Below, in pieces: positions 15,170 to 29,409 of a stretch of DNA of 64,000 nucleotides. This DNA is from Octopus sinensis (Eukaryota). The number at the start of each line of letters is the position of its first letter. Within the stretch, counting starts at the first letter, position 1. The position numbers and the translations under genes were made by a program. Where the stretch lies: NCBI RefSeq assembly GCF_006345805.1, contig NC_043007.1:70246001-70310000 (forward strand), in the 5' to 3' direction. The notes under the pieces are model-generated. The model saw only the letters and a program-made list of their open reading frames with translations. It made no database searches and was not told where the DNA came from.

Positions 15170-15590
15170 GTTGGTCGCACACCAGTATGTTCAACGGGAC
15201 CAACTGAAGCAAGCCAACACTCTCGCGGCATTACCGCGGGTGATAACGAGGCTAAGGTGTTCGGATACGGAAGCAGTGGCCAATTACCGTAGCATCAAGG
15301 ATGTGAGGAGGATCAAAGGAGACTCAGACTGTGACATCCCAGATGAGATACCTACCTCTTAACCAGGGACAGAGAGCAAGACCATCTGGTCTCTTTCCGT
15401 CACTTTTGGATAATCCCGTCCGTTCCAGAACTGAGTGGATAATGCCCCGAGCCAGGTCCCGATTAATGATTAGGTTTAGCTCGGTGTGACTAGCGAAACG
15501 ACCAGACGGCAAGACAACCCATGAAGGTCTGTGAAGTCGATCGGCCTAGTACAGCGACATCTCAGTTCCTCACAGACGTCGGCTCCCATT
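15170..15590 (-). mobile_element. CRE-clade non-LTR retrotransposon fragment (zinc knuckle and RLE)
   Basis: MGADVCEELRCRC..HGLSC, GRFASHTELN, SDGKRPDGLALCPW.RGRYLIWDVTV, ITRGNAASVL. Confidence 0.82.
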
Positions 15591-17719
15591 GTCAATAAAA
15601 ACGGATCTTTTCACTTTGACCGGCAGATTTTAAAAATAATTTCTTTGTAACTAAACACTTTTAAACTTCGTATACTGGTAGAATGTGTCACATAGAACAT
15701 CTTTTTCTCTTAGCGTTCTTGAGAAAATTCTGTTTGTAAGCTATTTCTTGTTTAATTTCTCGTATTTCGGCAATTTCAACCAATCAATGACGTCTATTGA
15801 GGTGAATATAATTACTGCTGTTGTTGTCAATAAGTTCATTCATTAACATTCTCAAGAATTTTTATCCAGGTGAAGGAATTTTTACTTTAATTTTTATCCC
15901 CTGAAAATTCGATAAAAGCAGATCTTTATTTGTTTTGAATAATGGTGAAATTTTCTTCATTCAAGTTACCTTACAACGTTGATTATCGAATAATTTGACG
16001 TATTTTAGGACATTCTGTTTAGATATGGTTATTTGTCATGCTGATATGTTTCGCTTGCCGATAGAAGAGTCAGTAGTTCGTATCCTACCCGTCAGAACTT
16101 ATAATTATCTTGTGGTAATCAAGATATTTGACTCTGAACAGCTTAAATCAGCCATCTTAAACACAATTCTGTAAAACTGATGTGCATTTGCAGCGTTTTG
16201 CTTATTTCTTGCTGTGTGTACAACTTTGAGTGAGGATATGTCATGGAATTGGAACAACTAGTTTAGGTATTCGTTAGTCCTGTAGTCAGGATATTGGTAT
16301 TATGTAACTTGATGTCACTGTGAGAATATTTCGACTGAGATAAGGAGTTTTCTCAAAATACAGAAAAAAAAACGTATTATCATAAGTATGTCAATAGACC
16401 GTTGAATGATTTGTAGTTGACTGTAAGCGTGCGTCAATGCTCTGGCGTTCTCGCCAACCGTAGCTGGGACAATTTTCTTCTCCCTCCGATATATATTTAT
16501 AGCGGCAGAGGCAGCCAGCGCCACATTGGATGAGATCTCGCGGTAGCCATTGCCATCTCTGAGACTGGAGCGAGACCTCACCTGCATCCATTTGCCATGC
16601 CCGAGATCACAACGAGGCTCGCGATGGAGAAAACTATATAAAGGGAAAACCTTCTTCAAATTTCTCTTCTTCGGCGCCACTACACAGCAGCACTGGCTGA
16701 ACAACACCACTGGCTCTGGTTTTCTGCCTGTCTATCTCCAGAGGCAATGCGCCCACACTATCGGAGCTTAAGATGGTAGCTGAGAGCATCACACTTCACC
16801 TTTCCTGTAAATAAACCAGTTGTACTTGAAGTCTTTTCTCTTCGCCTGCCGAAAGCCTGAACTGCATAAGAACCAGAAGAATGATGGAAGGAGATGATAT
16901 TCCTCCGATGTCACAAACCTTGCCTTCCATTATTAAATATTTTTAAACATAGCACACTCATAAGATGTTATCTCCGAACAAATATCACAGTATATTTGCC
17001 TTTCAATGATGTATTTAGATTAAGTGTGATACCCAGATGGCTATTTCGATTTAATGCTGCTTCTATTGCACATAACGGATTTTAAAATACGTTATTTTCT
17101 CATGAAATTAGGAGTACCGTTCAGAAAGCCAGACGGGCCGCAGTTGGCTCGTGACTGCTTTATATCATTTCTATTCACTACTTTGAACGACACTCTTCTC
17201 TCCAGCAAAATTTTTGCTTTTGATTTATATTTGCTACCCCCTATTGATTTATTTATATATTTATTTAGTTGCACATTATTTCCTTGCGTCTATAAAAGAA
17301 CGAAGTGTAAACGTATTTCCACTTTGCAAAGAAACAATTATCTTTCTTTATCGTAAAGTAAAACATTTCCCTGCATCGCTGTATTACATTCCGACTGGAG
17401 AGAATCTGAATACCAAATGTCGTAAATTATCGGATTGTTCCGCAGACACGTTACAAACGGCAAACTATCCGATTATTCGGAAATTATGGAGACACTTTTT
17501 CAATAGTATACGGATAAATTGTTTTGTGTTGAAGTATTTCACTATTTTTGTACTGAATAAAGTTTGACGTCATTTTTGCGGTAAATACGCAGTCGAAGAG
17601 TTTTGAATATCAAATAACATTAAAACATACACAATGAAATATTAAAGCTGGTGCGGCTCTGATCTCCGAACAACGGATGTGGTACATTGATTGGGTGGTG
17701 GTGGTGGTGGTCGTCGTCG

Positions 17720-19370
17720 TCGTCGAAAAGAAAGGGATAGATGTGAAAACGAGGATGGGAATGAGAAGGGGAGAAATGAGTATGGGGAATGAGAGGAATC
17801 GCGTACGGGGAAGGAGAAGCTGTGAAAGAATGGGTGATGAAGGAAAATAAAGACAGATGGCAGGGTAAGTGGTGGCAGCGTAAGAGGCGGAAAATAGCGC
17901 GTAGGATGGTAAGGGACAAAGGAAATGCGATGTATTGGGTTCCGGGTGCGGGGTATAAGGGCTAAGGAACAACCACTGATGCAGGTACGAGAAAAGGTAG
18001 CTTGGATAAGGGTGGATGGGTAAAAAGGTCGAATGAATAAACGGGACATGTGTTAAGGCCGGGTCTCGAAGTCACAATTGCGCCTGCAGAGGAGGCAGAG
18101 ACGAAGGAACTGGGAGTAAGAGATGACATGTGGTGAGGAGTGGAGGAGGGAGAGTCAAGGTAGGATTGGAAGAGATCGAGAAGGGGGAGATGGTGAGGAT
18201 GGAATGGTTGATATTGAGAAAAATGAAGGAATATATGGGAGGTGTGAGAGATGAAATGGAGGGAGGTGTGGAAAGAATAGGCGGCAGCAGCGAGTGATGG
18301 GAATGTAGCTGAGGAACGGAAAAAAGGAGATGAGCGGAGTGAAAGTATTGGTTTGAAGCAGGAATTAGGGAGGGGCGAGGAATATTAGGTTATTACTTGC
18401 CGCTCCCTAATATCCTCCTACCACCACCCTACACTTTTCTCCTCTTTCTCTTCTCTTTTATCACTTTCTTCCCCTTTGATCTCTTCCTTTTCTTCTTCCC
18501 ATTTTTCTTTGCCCTTGTTTGTCCCAACCCTTTTCCCTGCTGTCTTCTCTTTCATATATTGTCTCCTTATTATATTGATTTCCACCCCCTGCTACACCTC
18601 GTCCCCTCTCCACTCTAACACATCAAACCAAGGGCAAAGAAAATGAGAAAAATGGGAAGAAGAGAAGGAAAAATCAAAGGGAAAGAAAGAGATAAAAGAG
18701 AGGAGAAAGAAGAGAATAGGGTGGGGAGGTTGTAGGAAGATATTAGTGGAGTGTAAAGAGCAGTAAATGAATGTAGAAAAAGATTCGGACCGTAATGTAA
18801 TGTTGCGGGCAAATTTGGAGTTCCGTGGCTGAATCCAGAGAAAGTTGCGTAAGTGTTACATGTATAGTGTAAATACAATAATCATGACAAAGAATAACAC
18901 ATAGTGTGGCAAATAAAGTATTTGATTAATGCCTTAATGGGAAGGGAAAATGACTTAACGTTTCGGAGTTAGTCATTCATCAGAAAAAGAGAACAGCATA
19001 GGAAGAGTATGAAAAAGAAGAAAAAATGATCGAAGGTTGATAAACCAGGTGTAAATTCTGTTATCTAAGGGATTAAGAAGGGAAAAGAAGGCAGGTGTGT
19101 GATGCAGGTATAAGGGAATATCTGTATCTGTAAGCGGTGTACGTTTATGGGCGTTTATTTGTGATGTATGTATGTGTAAAGAGGTGTGAAAGTGTGGAAA
19201 TATAATGCCTTTTCTTAGTAAGGTTGTTGATGCGTGAGTATGTGTGAGTAGTCGTTAGGAAAGCATGCATATGAGGAGGTGGAAGCTTGTGCGAGTGTGA
19301 GGGAATAAATTGATTGATGAGACACTTGGAAAAGCAAGGGCAAAATGGAAGGTGCAATTAATATGTGTAT
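17720..19370 (-). mobile_element. Decayed Penelope-like retroelement (RT C-terminal remnant, 3'/pLTR remnant, internal inverted duplication)
   Basis: Minus strand ~18170-17980 reads QSYLDSPSS..SYSQFLRLCLLCRRNCDFETRP*HMSRLFIRPFYP, like the PLE motif YLxxxSxHP..IPYSQFLRLRRICS..RGYP. Hammerhead-like CTGATGA..GAAACGTT at ~18951-18990. Confidence 0.75.
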
Positions 19371-19394
19371 GTGTGTTTAACAAAAGTACTTAGT

Positions 19395-19808
19395 GTTTAG
19401 CCCCTTGTGGTTAGTAAAGAAATAGGTATTTCGTCTGCCGCTACGTTGTGGGTTCAAATTACGCCGAGGTCGCCTTTGCCTTTCATCCTTTCGGGGTCGA
19501 TAAATTAGGTACCAGTTACGCACTGGGGTCGATGTAATCGACTTAATCCCTTTGTCTGTCCTTGTTTGTGCCCTCTATCTTTAGTCCCTTGTGGGCAATA
19601 AAAAATAAGATTAGGATGCCAAGCAAAATGCATAGCGGCATTTCGTCCGTCTTTCCGTTCTGAGTTCAAACACCACCGAGGTCGACTTTATTTTTCATCC
19701 TTTCAGAGTCGATAAAGTAAGTACAAGTTGAGTACTAGAGTCGATGTAATCTATGCACTTATCCCCCTCCTCCGAAATTGCTGGCCTTCTGCCAGAATTT
19801 GAAACCAA
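19395..19808 (+). mobile_element. SINE family 1 tandem copies
   Basis: Two cores with different tails. Confidence 0.85.
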
Positions 19809-20596
19809 TTTCTATGGATGTGTAACATAGAAGTTTTCCGCTTGAAGTTTCTTTGACGATGACACATTTTTCCCAATATAATCTTTTATACATGCAAATC
19901 ATTGACTCCGGAAACGAAAGTTTCATTTTTGTAAGTGTTCATTTTATAGTAACAATACCAATTTATTAGATATCATTCCTTACAAAGGAAGAAGGCAATA
20001 AACGCTAAGAAGATAGAAATGATGGAAATAGAATTAATAGGATGAATAAATACCTTATATATTATTTACTCATAATTATTTTATCATCGAAAGATGATAG
20101 GAAGCGTCGATCCTGCTGGGATTTCATCGCCGAACATGAATGAAGGTTAGGAAATGCTGAAACATTTATGTGTCTGGCATTCTCCCCATTGTCGTTACTG
20201 TCGTTTCCTCAGTAAGGGGGGAGTTCAGCGCAGTAGCTGGTGTTTGAAGTAGCAGAATAGGTTCAACTAGAATCGATTTGAAACGTCCTAAGAGAGCCTG
20301 GCCATGAAAACGGTGTCTTGGGTAAAATTTTGTCCATAACAATTTGCCTTCCTCTCGGAATATAATTTCCACATCGCAGGCGTCGCCCCCTTTCTTTAGG
20401 CCGTGCCATTCTCCGCCTTTAATTATATAAATATAGAAATATATATTTCACTGTTGACGCGGCGGTTTAATTATCAACCTCTGAACACAAAAATAAAAAA
20501 ACGAAACATTAATAATTCAAAGTTTATAATGCCAAAGACGTGTGTAAAATAAATCATTGGCATTTGATGCGATTGCAATCACATACAAACACACAA

Positions 20597-20635
20597 ATAT
20601 ATATATATATATTATATATATATATGTGTATATAT

Positions 20636-20697
<62 letters not shown>

Positions 20698-20726
20698 ATA
20701 TATGTGTATATATATATATATATATA

Positions 20727-20796
<70 letters not shown>

Positions 20797-20815
20797 GTGT
20801 GTGTGTGTGTGTGTG
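20597..20815. repeat. (TA)n + (TG)n microsatellite; other long (TA)n at 14867-14997, 34291-34374, 34653-34720
   Basis: Direct reading. Confidence 0.97.
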
Positions 20816-21396
20816 ATCGCAAATATAATGAATGTTTTTTTTTTTTTCCTTTCTGACAAATTTGTAGAGGAGGTACATCTATTGAACTGACTACATTATA
20901 TCAATATTTCATTAATATATACTTTTTATCGATTTGGAATGAATAGTAAACTCGACCTGGGATGTGGTGGTGGCGGTTGTAATGGTGGGGATAGAGAGAC
21001 TTTTGAACTCAGAACGTTAAGAAATGTAACTAAAGGCCTCAAAGACACAATCGTCTGTATAAAACCAATATTATCCAAGACAAGTGTTTATTTCTTATAT
21101 AAAGGATGAAATAAATAAAATGAAATAGGAAAATAATGAAAGAAAATCGACAAATGTTTTCGGTGTCAGATCCGAGTTGCCGGAAGCGTAAAATCTTTAT
21201 CTTGATAGCTTACGATCTATTAATCTTTTTGTTTTAACCTTGTCGCCTCTTGAATCACTAACCTATAAGAATTCGAGCTATATCTGAAACTTGGTGAGTT
21301 CACTTCACCTGCTAATGACTAAACAGATTCAAATCTCCCTCAGATTCCATCCTGTTGTCTTTAAAAAAAGCAGAAGGGTCTTGAATTTATTTTATA

Positions 21397-21681
21397 CTAG
21401 CAGTATAGCCCGGCTTTGCTCGGGTTTGTTTTCTTTTCGACCCTTTAGAATTTGAATTTTTGAAAAGTAAAAATTTTGCATTATGTAGCTTGTTATTCTC
21501 TTTAAGTGAACATCTTTCTGGTTGAAATACACCGAAAAATGCGACACAGCAGCAAAAGAATCGTAACAAATAGGGATTTTCATAGAAAAAAAGCACCTTT
21601 TTGATGTAAATAATTTTTGGTGTTAACATGGTCCGATTTGAATTTTTTTATTCAACGGAATGAAGAGCAAACCTTCTATCA
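21397..21681 (-). mobile_element. 5'-truncated copy of the 22858 Helitron
   Basis: Nearly collinear with 22858-23140, including hairpin and CTAG. Confidence 0.85.
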
Positions 21682-21904
21682 TTAGAAATATCAACCAAAT
21701 ACCCCTCAAATTACACACTACCATCTTAGAAACGAAAATGACCCATTAGAGAAGGAAGTCATAGATAGACAGGAAGATGAAGTAGGCATGGCTAGAACAC
21801 CTTTTATCATAGACCTACTTGATCAGAACTGACTTGCCATTGCTTCTAAGCCGACTGACCTGCAAATTTTCCTCAAACCATACCTTTGTCGTCTTAAATA
21901 ATAG

Positions 21905-22215
21905 ATACTTGGTAAACACCCACAAAGTTATCAACCACCTCACCAACAACAACACTGAACACCTTTTTGATCTCCATGTGTCTAACACACGTGGACATGC
22001 CTACAAAGTCAGAAAACAACACAGCTCCCAAGACTTTCGGAAACATTTTTTCATGCTCAGAGTTGCTGAAGCATGGAATAAACTGCCTGCGTCAGTTGTT
22101 GACTGCCATGACACTGCATCCTTTAAGGCCCTCATGCTTTCCGAAATCCGCCGAAACTACACCTGATTATATATACACTTTAGATGAGTTGTAGTGCACC
22201 TTAGCACTGTACACA

Positions 22216-22270
<55 letters not shown>
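21905..22270 (+). mobile_element. CR1-type LINE 3' end with (ATT)n tail
   Basis: NTRGHAYKV..FRKHFFMLRVAEAWNKLPASVV...FK, followed by 3' UTR and (att)n. Confidence 0.9.
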
Positions 22271-22272
<2 letters not shown>

Positions 22273-22857
22273 CACTGATTAATGTATCCCAAAACACAAT
22301 ATTCCTTACAATAAACGACAGGATGTGTTTAGCTATCCTAGAGCTAAACAACAACTTAAAGATATGAATAAAACATTTCCTTTCTTCAGTTATTAATCTC
22401 AATATTTGACAAAAGAAAATCTTGTTTTCATGAAGAAAGATACAAGGGGAAACCCCGAGGGGCACATCCGCAAGAAAACCAAATGGAAAAGTTGGTACTA
22501 ACATAATTAATGTAATAAACGAAGAAAGTAACGATTAGTAAAACTATGCTCAAGGGATTTAATTAAACCAAAACATTGCCGGAGTCGTGACTCTATTGTC
22601 AAAATTATATTCATTGACCAATTTCTATTTTTAATTAATATTAGCAAATTAAAATTTTGAGGAGATTATCTCCCTTGCCTTTTTTGAATAAAATTGATAA
22701 TTCAGCAAATGATTCTTTCTCCTTACCACGGAAGTAGTTTTAATGAATTTAAACTTCTCAATTCACTGCATTATATACGTTGCTGCTGACTTTTATAATT
22801 GCTTCAATAGAAGTTGTGATAAAATGTAGCTTTAGTTATGGAAAGATATATATTATA

Positions 22858-23247
22858 CTAGCAGTATCGCCCGGCGTTGCTCGGGTTTATTTCGACCCTT
22901 TAGAATTGGAATTTTTGAAAAGTAAAAATTTTGCATTATCTAGCTTGTTATTCTCTTTAAGTGAATATTTTTCTGTTTGAAATACACCGAAAAATGGTGA
23001 CACAGCAGTAAAAAAATCGTAAAAAATAGGGATTTTCATAGAAAAAAAGCACCTTTTTTATGTAAATAATTTTTGGTGTTAACATGGTCCGATTTGAATG
23101 TTTTCTTCTACGGAAGGAAGAGCAAACCTTCTTCTATCATACCCTCAATTTTGGTCAACTTGCGCCGCAGGGTCTCGGAGGAGATAGTGTTAGTTGAAGG
23201 CTACCAAACCTGCCATACACAGACAATTACAGCTTTATATACAGAGA
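22858..23247 (-). mobile_element. Non-autonomous Helitron
   Basis: A|TC 5' end, CCCGAGCAACGCCGGG hairpin, CTAG|T 3' end. Confidence 0.85.
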
Positions 23248-23464
23248 TTGGTTTCACATTTCGGCGCAAGGCCAACAACTTCGGGGGAAGGAATAAATTG
23301 ATTATGTTGACCCCAGTGCTCAACTAGTATTTATTTTATTGACCTCGAAAGAATGAAAGGCAAAATCGACGTCGGCGAAATTTGAACTCAGAACGTAGAG
23401 ACGGACGAAATGCCGCTAAGCATTTTGCCCGGCTGGCTAACGATTTTGCCAGCTCACCGCCTTA
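23248..23464 (-). mobile_element. SINE family 1 monomer
   Basis: Reverse complement of head, core and tail. Confidence 0.85.
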
Positions 23465-24218
23465 GATATACCTTGCATTGTAAGTAGCTTTAGCCGGTGA
23501 AAAGATATACCAAATATGCTTTATTAACTAGATCTTGATTCTTTCATTAAGTTGTTCATAGTTTGAATAAGTCTTTAAAAATCACGATTTACAATGCAGA
23601 TAACTCAAACATCTTCCATTTTCAATATATTGTAGTAAATATCTCGTAAGTTCGGATACAAGCATGAAATCACCAATGTTTTCTGTAGAAAATCTTCAAG
23701 TGGGCAATCCTTCCTTTGGTTAACAAAGAGATTTATCACTTCGAACAGAATCAATGGAATTAACATTGACAGAAATAACGCCCTATGTTCTAGTAAGCAG
23801 AAATGGTCGGCTTTGGTATATTTTTCTTTCATAATTTTAATATTTCTATCAGATACTCACTTCAACATACATTTATGTACGCGTTTGTGTGACGCATGTA
23901 TTTATATGTGTTTGTATATGTGCATATGCGTATCTACATGTATGTGAGTATGTGTGTGTATTCAATTTTTTTTTTTTAACCAAAACGATTCGAGTTCTAA
24001 GGAATGTCATAATCTGATGGCTTATACTTCGTATTTCAATATTTCAAGGTTAGGACCTCTTCTTCAAGAAATTTTTGAAGAAATGATATTGTGAACTGAC
24101 TTCTTTGTTTTGAAGTGTGTATATATGAAGGTTACTTTTCATGCGCAGGACAGCGTTACTATAATAGCCAATCAGCTGCGTTTAGCTCCTTTCTATTGTC
24201 AATATGTGGGTTGATCCT

Positions 24219-24627
24219 AAGGCGGCGAGCTGGCAGAAACGTTAGCACGCCGGGCGAAATGCGTAGCTGTATTTCGTCTGCCGTTACGTTCTGAGTTCAA
24301 ATTCCGCCGAGGTCGACTTTTCTTGTCATCCTTTCGGGGTCGATAAATTAAGTACCAGTTACGCACTGGGGTCGATGTAATCGACTTAATCCGTTTGTCT
24401 GTCCTTGTTTGTCCTCTCTGTGTTTAGCCCCTTGTGAGTAGTAAATAAATAGAAATAGGTATTTCGTCTGCCGCTACATTCTGAGTTCAAATTCTACTAA
24501 TGTTGGCTTTACCTTTGATCATTTCGGGGTCAATAGAATAAGTACCAGTTGAGCACTGGAGATCGATGTAATTGAAGTACCCCTTCCCTCAGAGTTGCTG
24601 GCTTTGTGCCAAAATTTGAAACCACAT
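24219..24627 (+). mobile_element. SINE family 1 dimer
   Basis: Full head, two cores. Confidence 0.88.
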
Positions 24628-24629
24628 TC

Positions 24630-25450
24630 AGGAGTTCCACTTCTTCTAATAAAGGGTCGTTTTTACTCTGGCAGTTGTGACATTTCAGGAACACCTTGTT
24701 TGTTACCCAGAGAAGAGAGCTGTAAAAGGATGGATTGCCCACTTAAATATTTACAGAACTCGTTCCTATTCCAAGGGTTTCAAGTGTTGTGATTTCAGAG
24801 CCAGTGCTATTATCCTTCAAATTGTTCCATTATATCGTCCTGTTTGTCCAATTCCATGTGGATTATAAAAAATAGTTGCGTTAGTGGATATACCTCGTTG
24901 GTGCAAGTATTGTTGGAAATCCTTCGACATAAAAGATATACCACGGTCGGAATGAATATCTGATGGCATTCTAAAAATTAAGAAAAATTGAGAAAAATAG
25001 ATTCAGTAGCCATATCTGCACATAGGAAATCAAAAGGAAACCTTGAGAATTCACCCACGATGGTCAGCAAATATTGTTGAGGAGAGAGGTGCTTAATATC
25101 ATGGCCTAGCCTTTCAAAGGCCTGAGTGGCCTTTATCACAGGAGTGTATATTGAATTATAAAATTTCGATTTTATCTCAATCTATGCGGAATATGTAGAG
25201 ATCATTCTTTTGATTTCCTCGTCAGAATACAGCAAATTTCTGGCACGCACAAGCAGAAGCGTCCATGTGATGTCAGGATGGTACAAATTCTTATAAAACC
25301 TTAACCTGCAACGGGATGACAAAAACCAAAACACGTTCAAAAGCCGCTTACAATAACGCAGTAGCTCAGCTAGTGATCACCACCTGAAAAGTTTGAGCAC
25401 TTTTGAGAAACGTCTATAAATCAAAAGATGTCAGAATAAGCTAAAGCGTG
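24630..25450 (-). mobile_element. Decayed Gypsy integrase remnant
   Basis: Minus strand HSDRGISFMSKDFQQYLHQRGISTNATIFYNPHGIGQTGRYNGTI (cf. HSDRG..F.S..YHPQGNGQ.ERYNGTI). Confidence 0.8.
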
Positions 25451-25504
25451 AGATGGACAATCATAGACAGAACACTAACAAACATAGACAGAACACTAAC
25501 AAAT

Positions 25505-25731
25505 AAGGCGGCGAACTGGCAGAAGCGTTAGCACGCCGGGCGAAATGCTTAGCAGTATTTCGTCTGCCGATACGTTCTGAGTTCAAATTCCGCCGAGGTC
25601 GACTTTGCCTTTCATCCTTTCGGGGTCGATAAATTAAGTACCAGTTACGCACTGGGGTCGATGTAATTGACTTAATCCCTTTGACTGTCCTTGTTTGTCC
25701 CCTCTGTAGTGTGGGCGATAAAGAAATAAGA
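25505..25731 (+). mobile_element. SINE family 1 monomer
   Basis: Full head, core, tail aaagaaataag. Confidence 0.88.
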
Positions 25732-26348
25732 AACAAACACAAACAAACAGATACGCTTCCAAGATCTACGACGTATACCTCAGAATTCCATATCATTCGT
25801 CACCCTTCTCCAATCCTAAACAAAAGATGTAAACTTATCTCTACATGCCACCATATATCAAAATTCAAGCAGACCCACTTACGGATAACTGACAAAAGGA
25901 AGAGAACCGTGAACAAAACTGTTAACAAGATGATTCGCTCTAAAGTACAACCACCACATACTGACTCGCATCAAAAAGATCGAATGTCGCTGACAACAGC
26001 GTGAATAACTCTAAAGCAAGATTTCCTATTGATCCAAACCAAATGACCAATCGAAAGCTGCCTTGTAATATACTGGCTTCCGTTATTACAGACTCACTCA
26101 TGAATACAATCACATAACGTTAACCGCATGAAAACTTAACGCATGAGGAATTAAACCGGTTTGCCAACACACGGTCAAATATATAACGGACATTTTCCGA
26201 CATACGGTCGATCGAGTTCTGATATTTCGATTAAATATTATCGCTCCGATATCGATGATGGGATTCTTTTCTCAGAACTTCAACCAATAACAGATGAGAG
26301 GTGATTTGTGTCCTCCTTTGTATTTCTTTTGACTTGGTCTTTATGCTT

Positions 26349-26695
<347 letters not shown>

Positions 26696-27718
26696 CTTCT
26701 TCTTTCATTTTTCCAATGAAAACCTCCTTTACTTTTTCTTATAAAATTCTCCAATTTCAAAGGTTTGTGTTGCCTCTCTCTTCACATCCATTCTCAAAAC
26801 ATTACCTTTATCATGTCACTGCCTTATTTTCATTAACAATGTTGTCAACAGTTCTTCAGAGACATCTCTAATTTCTTCGTTCCTCTCCATATTAAACATA
26901 CAAATTATTAACCTCTACCTTACATGTTATTGAATTTCTAGAATGTTCAATTGATTTTTTTTCTACTTCTGCAGTGACATCTCTTCATATCTTTACAGTT
27001 TCAGTTTGTAATGCTTGGAATGGATCGCTGAAACTATATTTTTAGAAAAAGAAATAGAAAGAATATTAAAAAGAGCGCCATAAAAGAGATGTTATCGCCA
27101 TGAATTCAGTTAGAGTCAAACACAATATCGTTATGACAGCAATCGTTATAACACCGACCTTCAGGCGTATTCTGAATCTGAACTAGAATATACAGGTGAG
27201 CTGAGAATGTTGAGATGGTGGTTTATCACAGTAGATATAATCATATTAGCCATTTAAGAATATTACAAAAAAATTCTATTTATTGTTTATTTATTGAGGT
27301 GTTAATTTTTCGTCGCACCTCGATGGTGTTGCCATTGACACAATCCTATTGTTCTCTGTGGGCAGTAGAATTTCGTCAGTGACCAAGTGGCAGAAGCGTT
27401 AAGGGAACAGTTCAACTGTTTCATTAACCAGGATGCAGAAATGTGACAAAAAATTTGACACCTCAAAAATAAACGTTAAGAGAACATATCAGTGGTTGAG
27501 TGTTCTTAAATGGTTCTTCTATGATATAACTGCTTCAGTTTCAACTCACAATCTCAGCTCAAGCCATGTGCTAAACAAGTACCAGTTAGAAATTTTTAAG
27601 TGACCTTTTTTTCAGGAAAATAAACATATATAAAAATTTGGCAAAGACAACATATTCTGCTTTGAAGAAGGATGTGTTAAGCGCTGCATCTTTTCAAAGT
27701 TAATACAACGAGATTCTG

Positions 27719-28989
27719 TTGGGTTGTCCGGAAAGTTCGTGCCGATTTTTAAAGGAAAGAAAAAGATCAATAAATCCTTGCCATTACATTTTCAATCAAC
27801 CAAATATGAACCATTTTGTTGCACAATGCGTCTCCATCTTTCCTTTAACTTGAAAATAGCATCTTTCCAGAATTGAGGTGGTTTCATGGCAAAGAATTCA
27901 TCAAGGTATCTTTTTACGTCATCCAAGGAATTGAAATTTTTACCATTAAGACTATTCTGTAGAGACATGAATAAGTGGAAATCCGAAGGAGCAATATCTG
28001 GTGAATATGGAAGGTGGGGTAACACATCCCAGCCGAGCTGCAGCAATTTTTGTCTGGTTCCCAAAGAAACGTGCGGTCTTGCATTATTATGTTGGAAAAC
28101 AACTCCCTGTTGGCAAATTCTGGGCGTTTCTCTTGAATTGCTGCTTTTAACTCGTCCAGTTGTGTGCAGTATTTCTCAGAATTAAATGTCTGGTTACTTA
28201 GGAGAAGCTCATAGTACAGAATTCATTTCCAATCCCATCAGACACAACGCAAGACTTTTTTAGGGTAAAGATCCGCTTTGGGGATGGCTAAGTGTGGCTC
28301 ATATCTCATACTCCAGGATCGCTTTCTCTGAACATTTCGGTAGATAATCAATTTCTCATCACCTGTTACAATTTGCTTTTAAAAAAGGCGCGTTTTCATT
28401 CTGTTTATAAAGATGGAAATGCGATCCAAAAGGTTCTTCTCACTCAACTCATGTGGTACCCAAACATAGTAGCGATTTGTGTACCCAAGCTTTACCAGGT
28501 GCTCATGAACAACGGATTTTGATAGGTTGAGGCTTTCTGCCAATTCTTGGGTTGTGCAATGTGGGTTATTCTCAATTAATCACTTGATTTGGTCAATATC
28601 TGTAGTGGATGGTCTGCCTGATCGCTCTTTATCAATAAGGCTACAATCTCCAGCTTGGAACCTTGCGAACCACTTCCGTACAGTTCTTTCGAATAAAGAA
28701 ACATCACCGTAAACTGCGCATATTTCTTTGGTTGCTTGTGAAGCATTTTTCCCTTTACGAAAAAAGAAAAACATCAAGTGCCGAAAATGAACTTTCTTAT
28801 CTTCCATTTTAAAGGGCTACAGAATTAACATAGGTAATAGGAACATAACCCTTCTTCCACGAAAAGATAGCTTAAACTGTGCTCTCAATGGAGGTGTAGT
28901 CAAACCCTATTTTATGGACTCAACCATGTTCTAAAATAAGCCGAAAGGTAAGTTACTATAAATTGGCACGAACTTTCCGGACAACCCAA
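27719..28989 (-). mobile_element. Full-length but inactivated mariner (DD34D) transposon, mellifera-like
   Basis: ~30-bp TIRs TTGGGTTGTCCGGAAAGTTCGTGCC(G/A)ATTT, TA at the right end and TG at the left. Transposase pieces MEDKKVHFRHLMFFFFRKGKNASQATKEICAVYG...RSGRP and HLPYSPDIAPSDFHLF, broken by stops and frameshifts. Confidence 0.95.
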
Positions 28990-29030
28990 TAGTTTGTAAG
29001 CCACGGAGAGTGTATAGCAGCAGAAATCAT

Positions 29031-29409
29031 GGAGGCGCAATAGCCCAGTGCTTAGGGCAGCGGACTCGATTCCCAGACTGGGCGTTGTGTGTGTTTATTG
29101 AGCGAAAACACCTAAAGCTCCATGATGCTCCGGTAGGGGGGGGGCGACCTCTGTTGTACTCTTTCGCTCCAACTTTCTCTCACTCTCTCTTCCTGTTTCT
29201 TGTCCCCGACGTCCTACGCAACCGCTGAGCCTGGATGCGTATTCATCCATCCGTCGATGCTCTCGGTGTCGGGGCTTCACCTGCTTTCTCTTCTGCGGGT
29301 CTTACGAATAGCAAAGGACCACGTTTCGGACTTCTCCCACTATAGAGGCGCGATCTTGCGAGCTCTGGGACGAAGACCGCTTCGCTCAACAAACAAACAA
29401 ACAAACAAG
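29031..29409 (+). mobile_element. tRNA-derived SINE with (CAAA)n tail
   Basis: tagcccagtgc A-box-like and actcgattccc B-box-like motifs; (caaa)n end. Confidence 0.65.

Noticed and set aside
16315-16900. GC-richer block with 66-131 aa ORFs
   Set aside because: No recognisable motif or splice structure; probably a decayed retroelement, but I cannot assign it.
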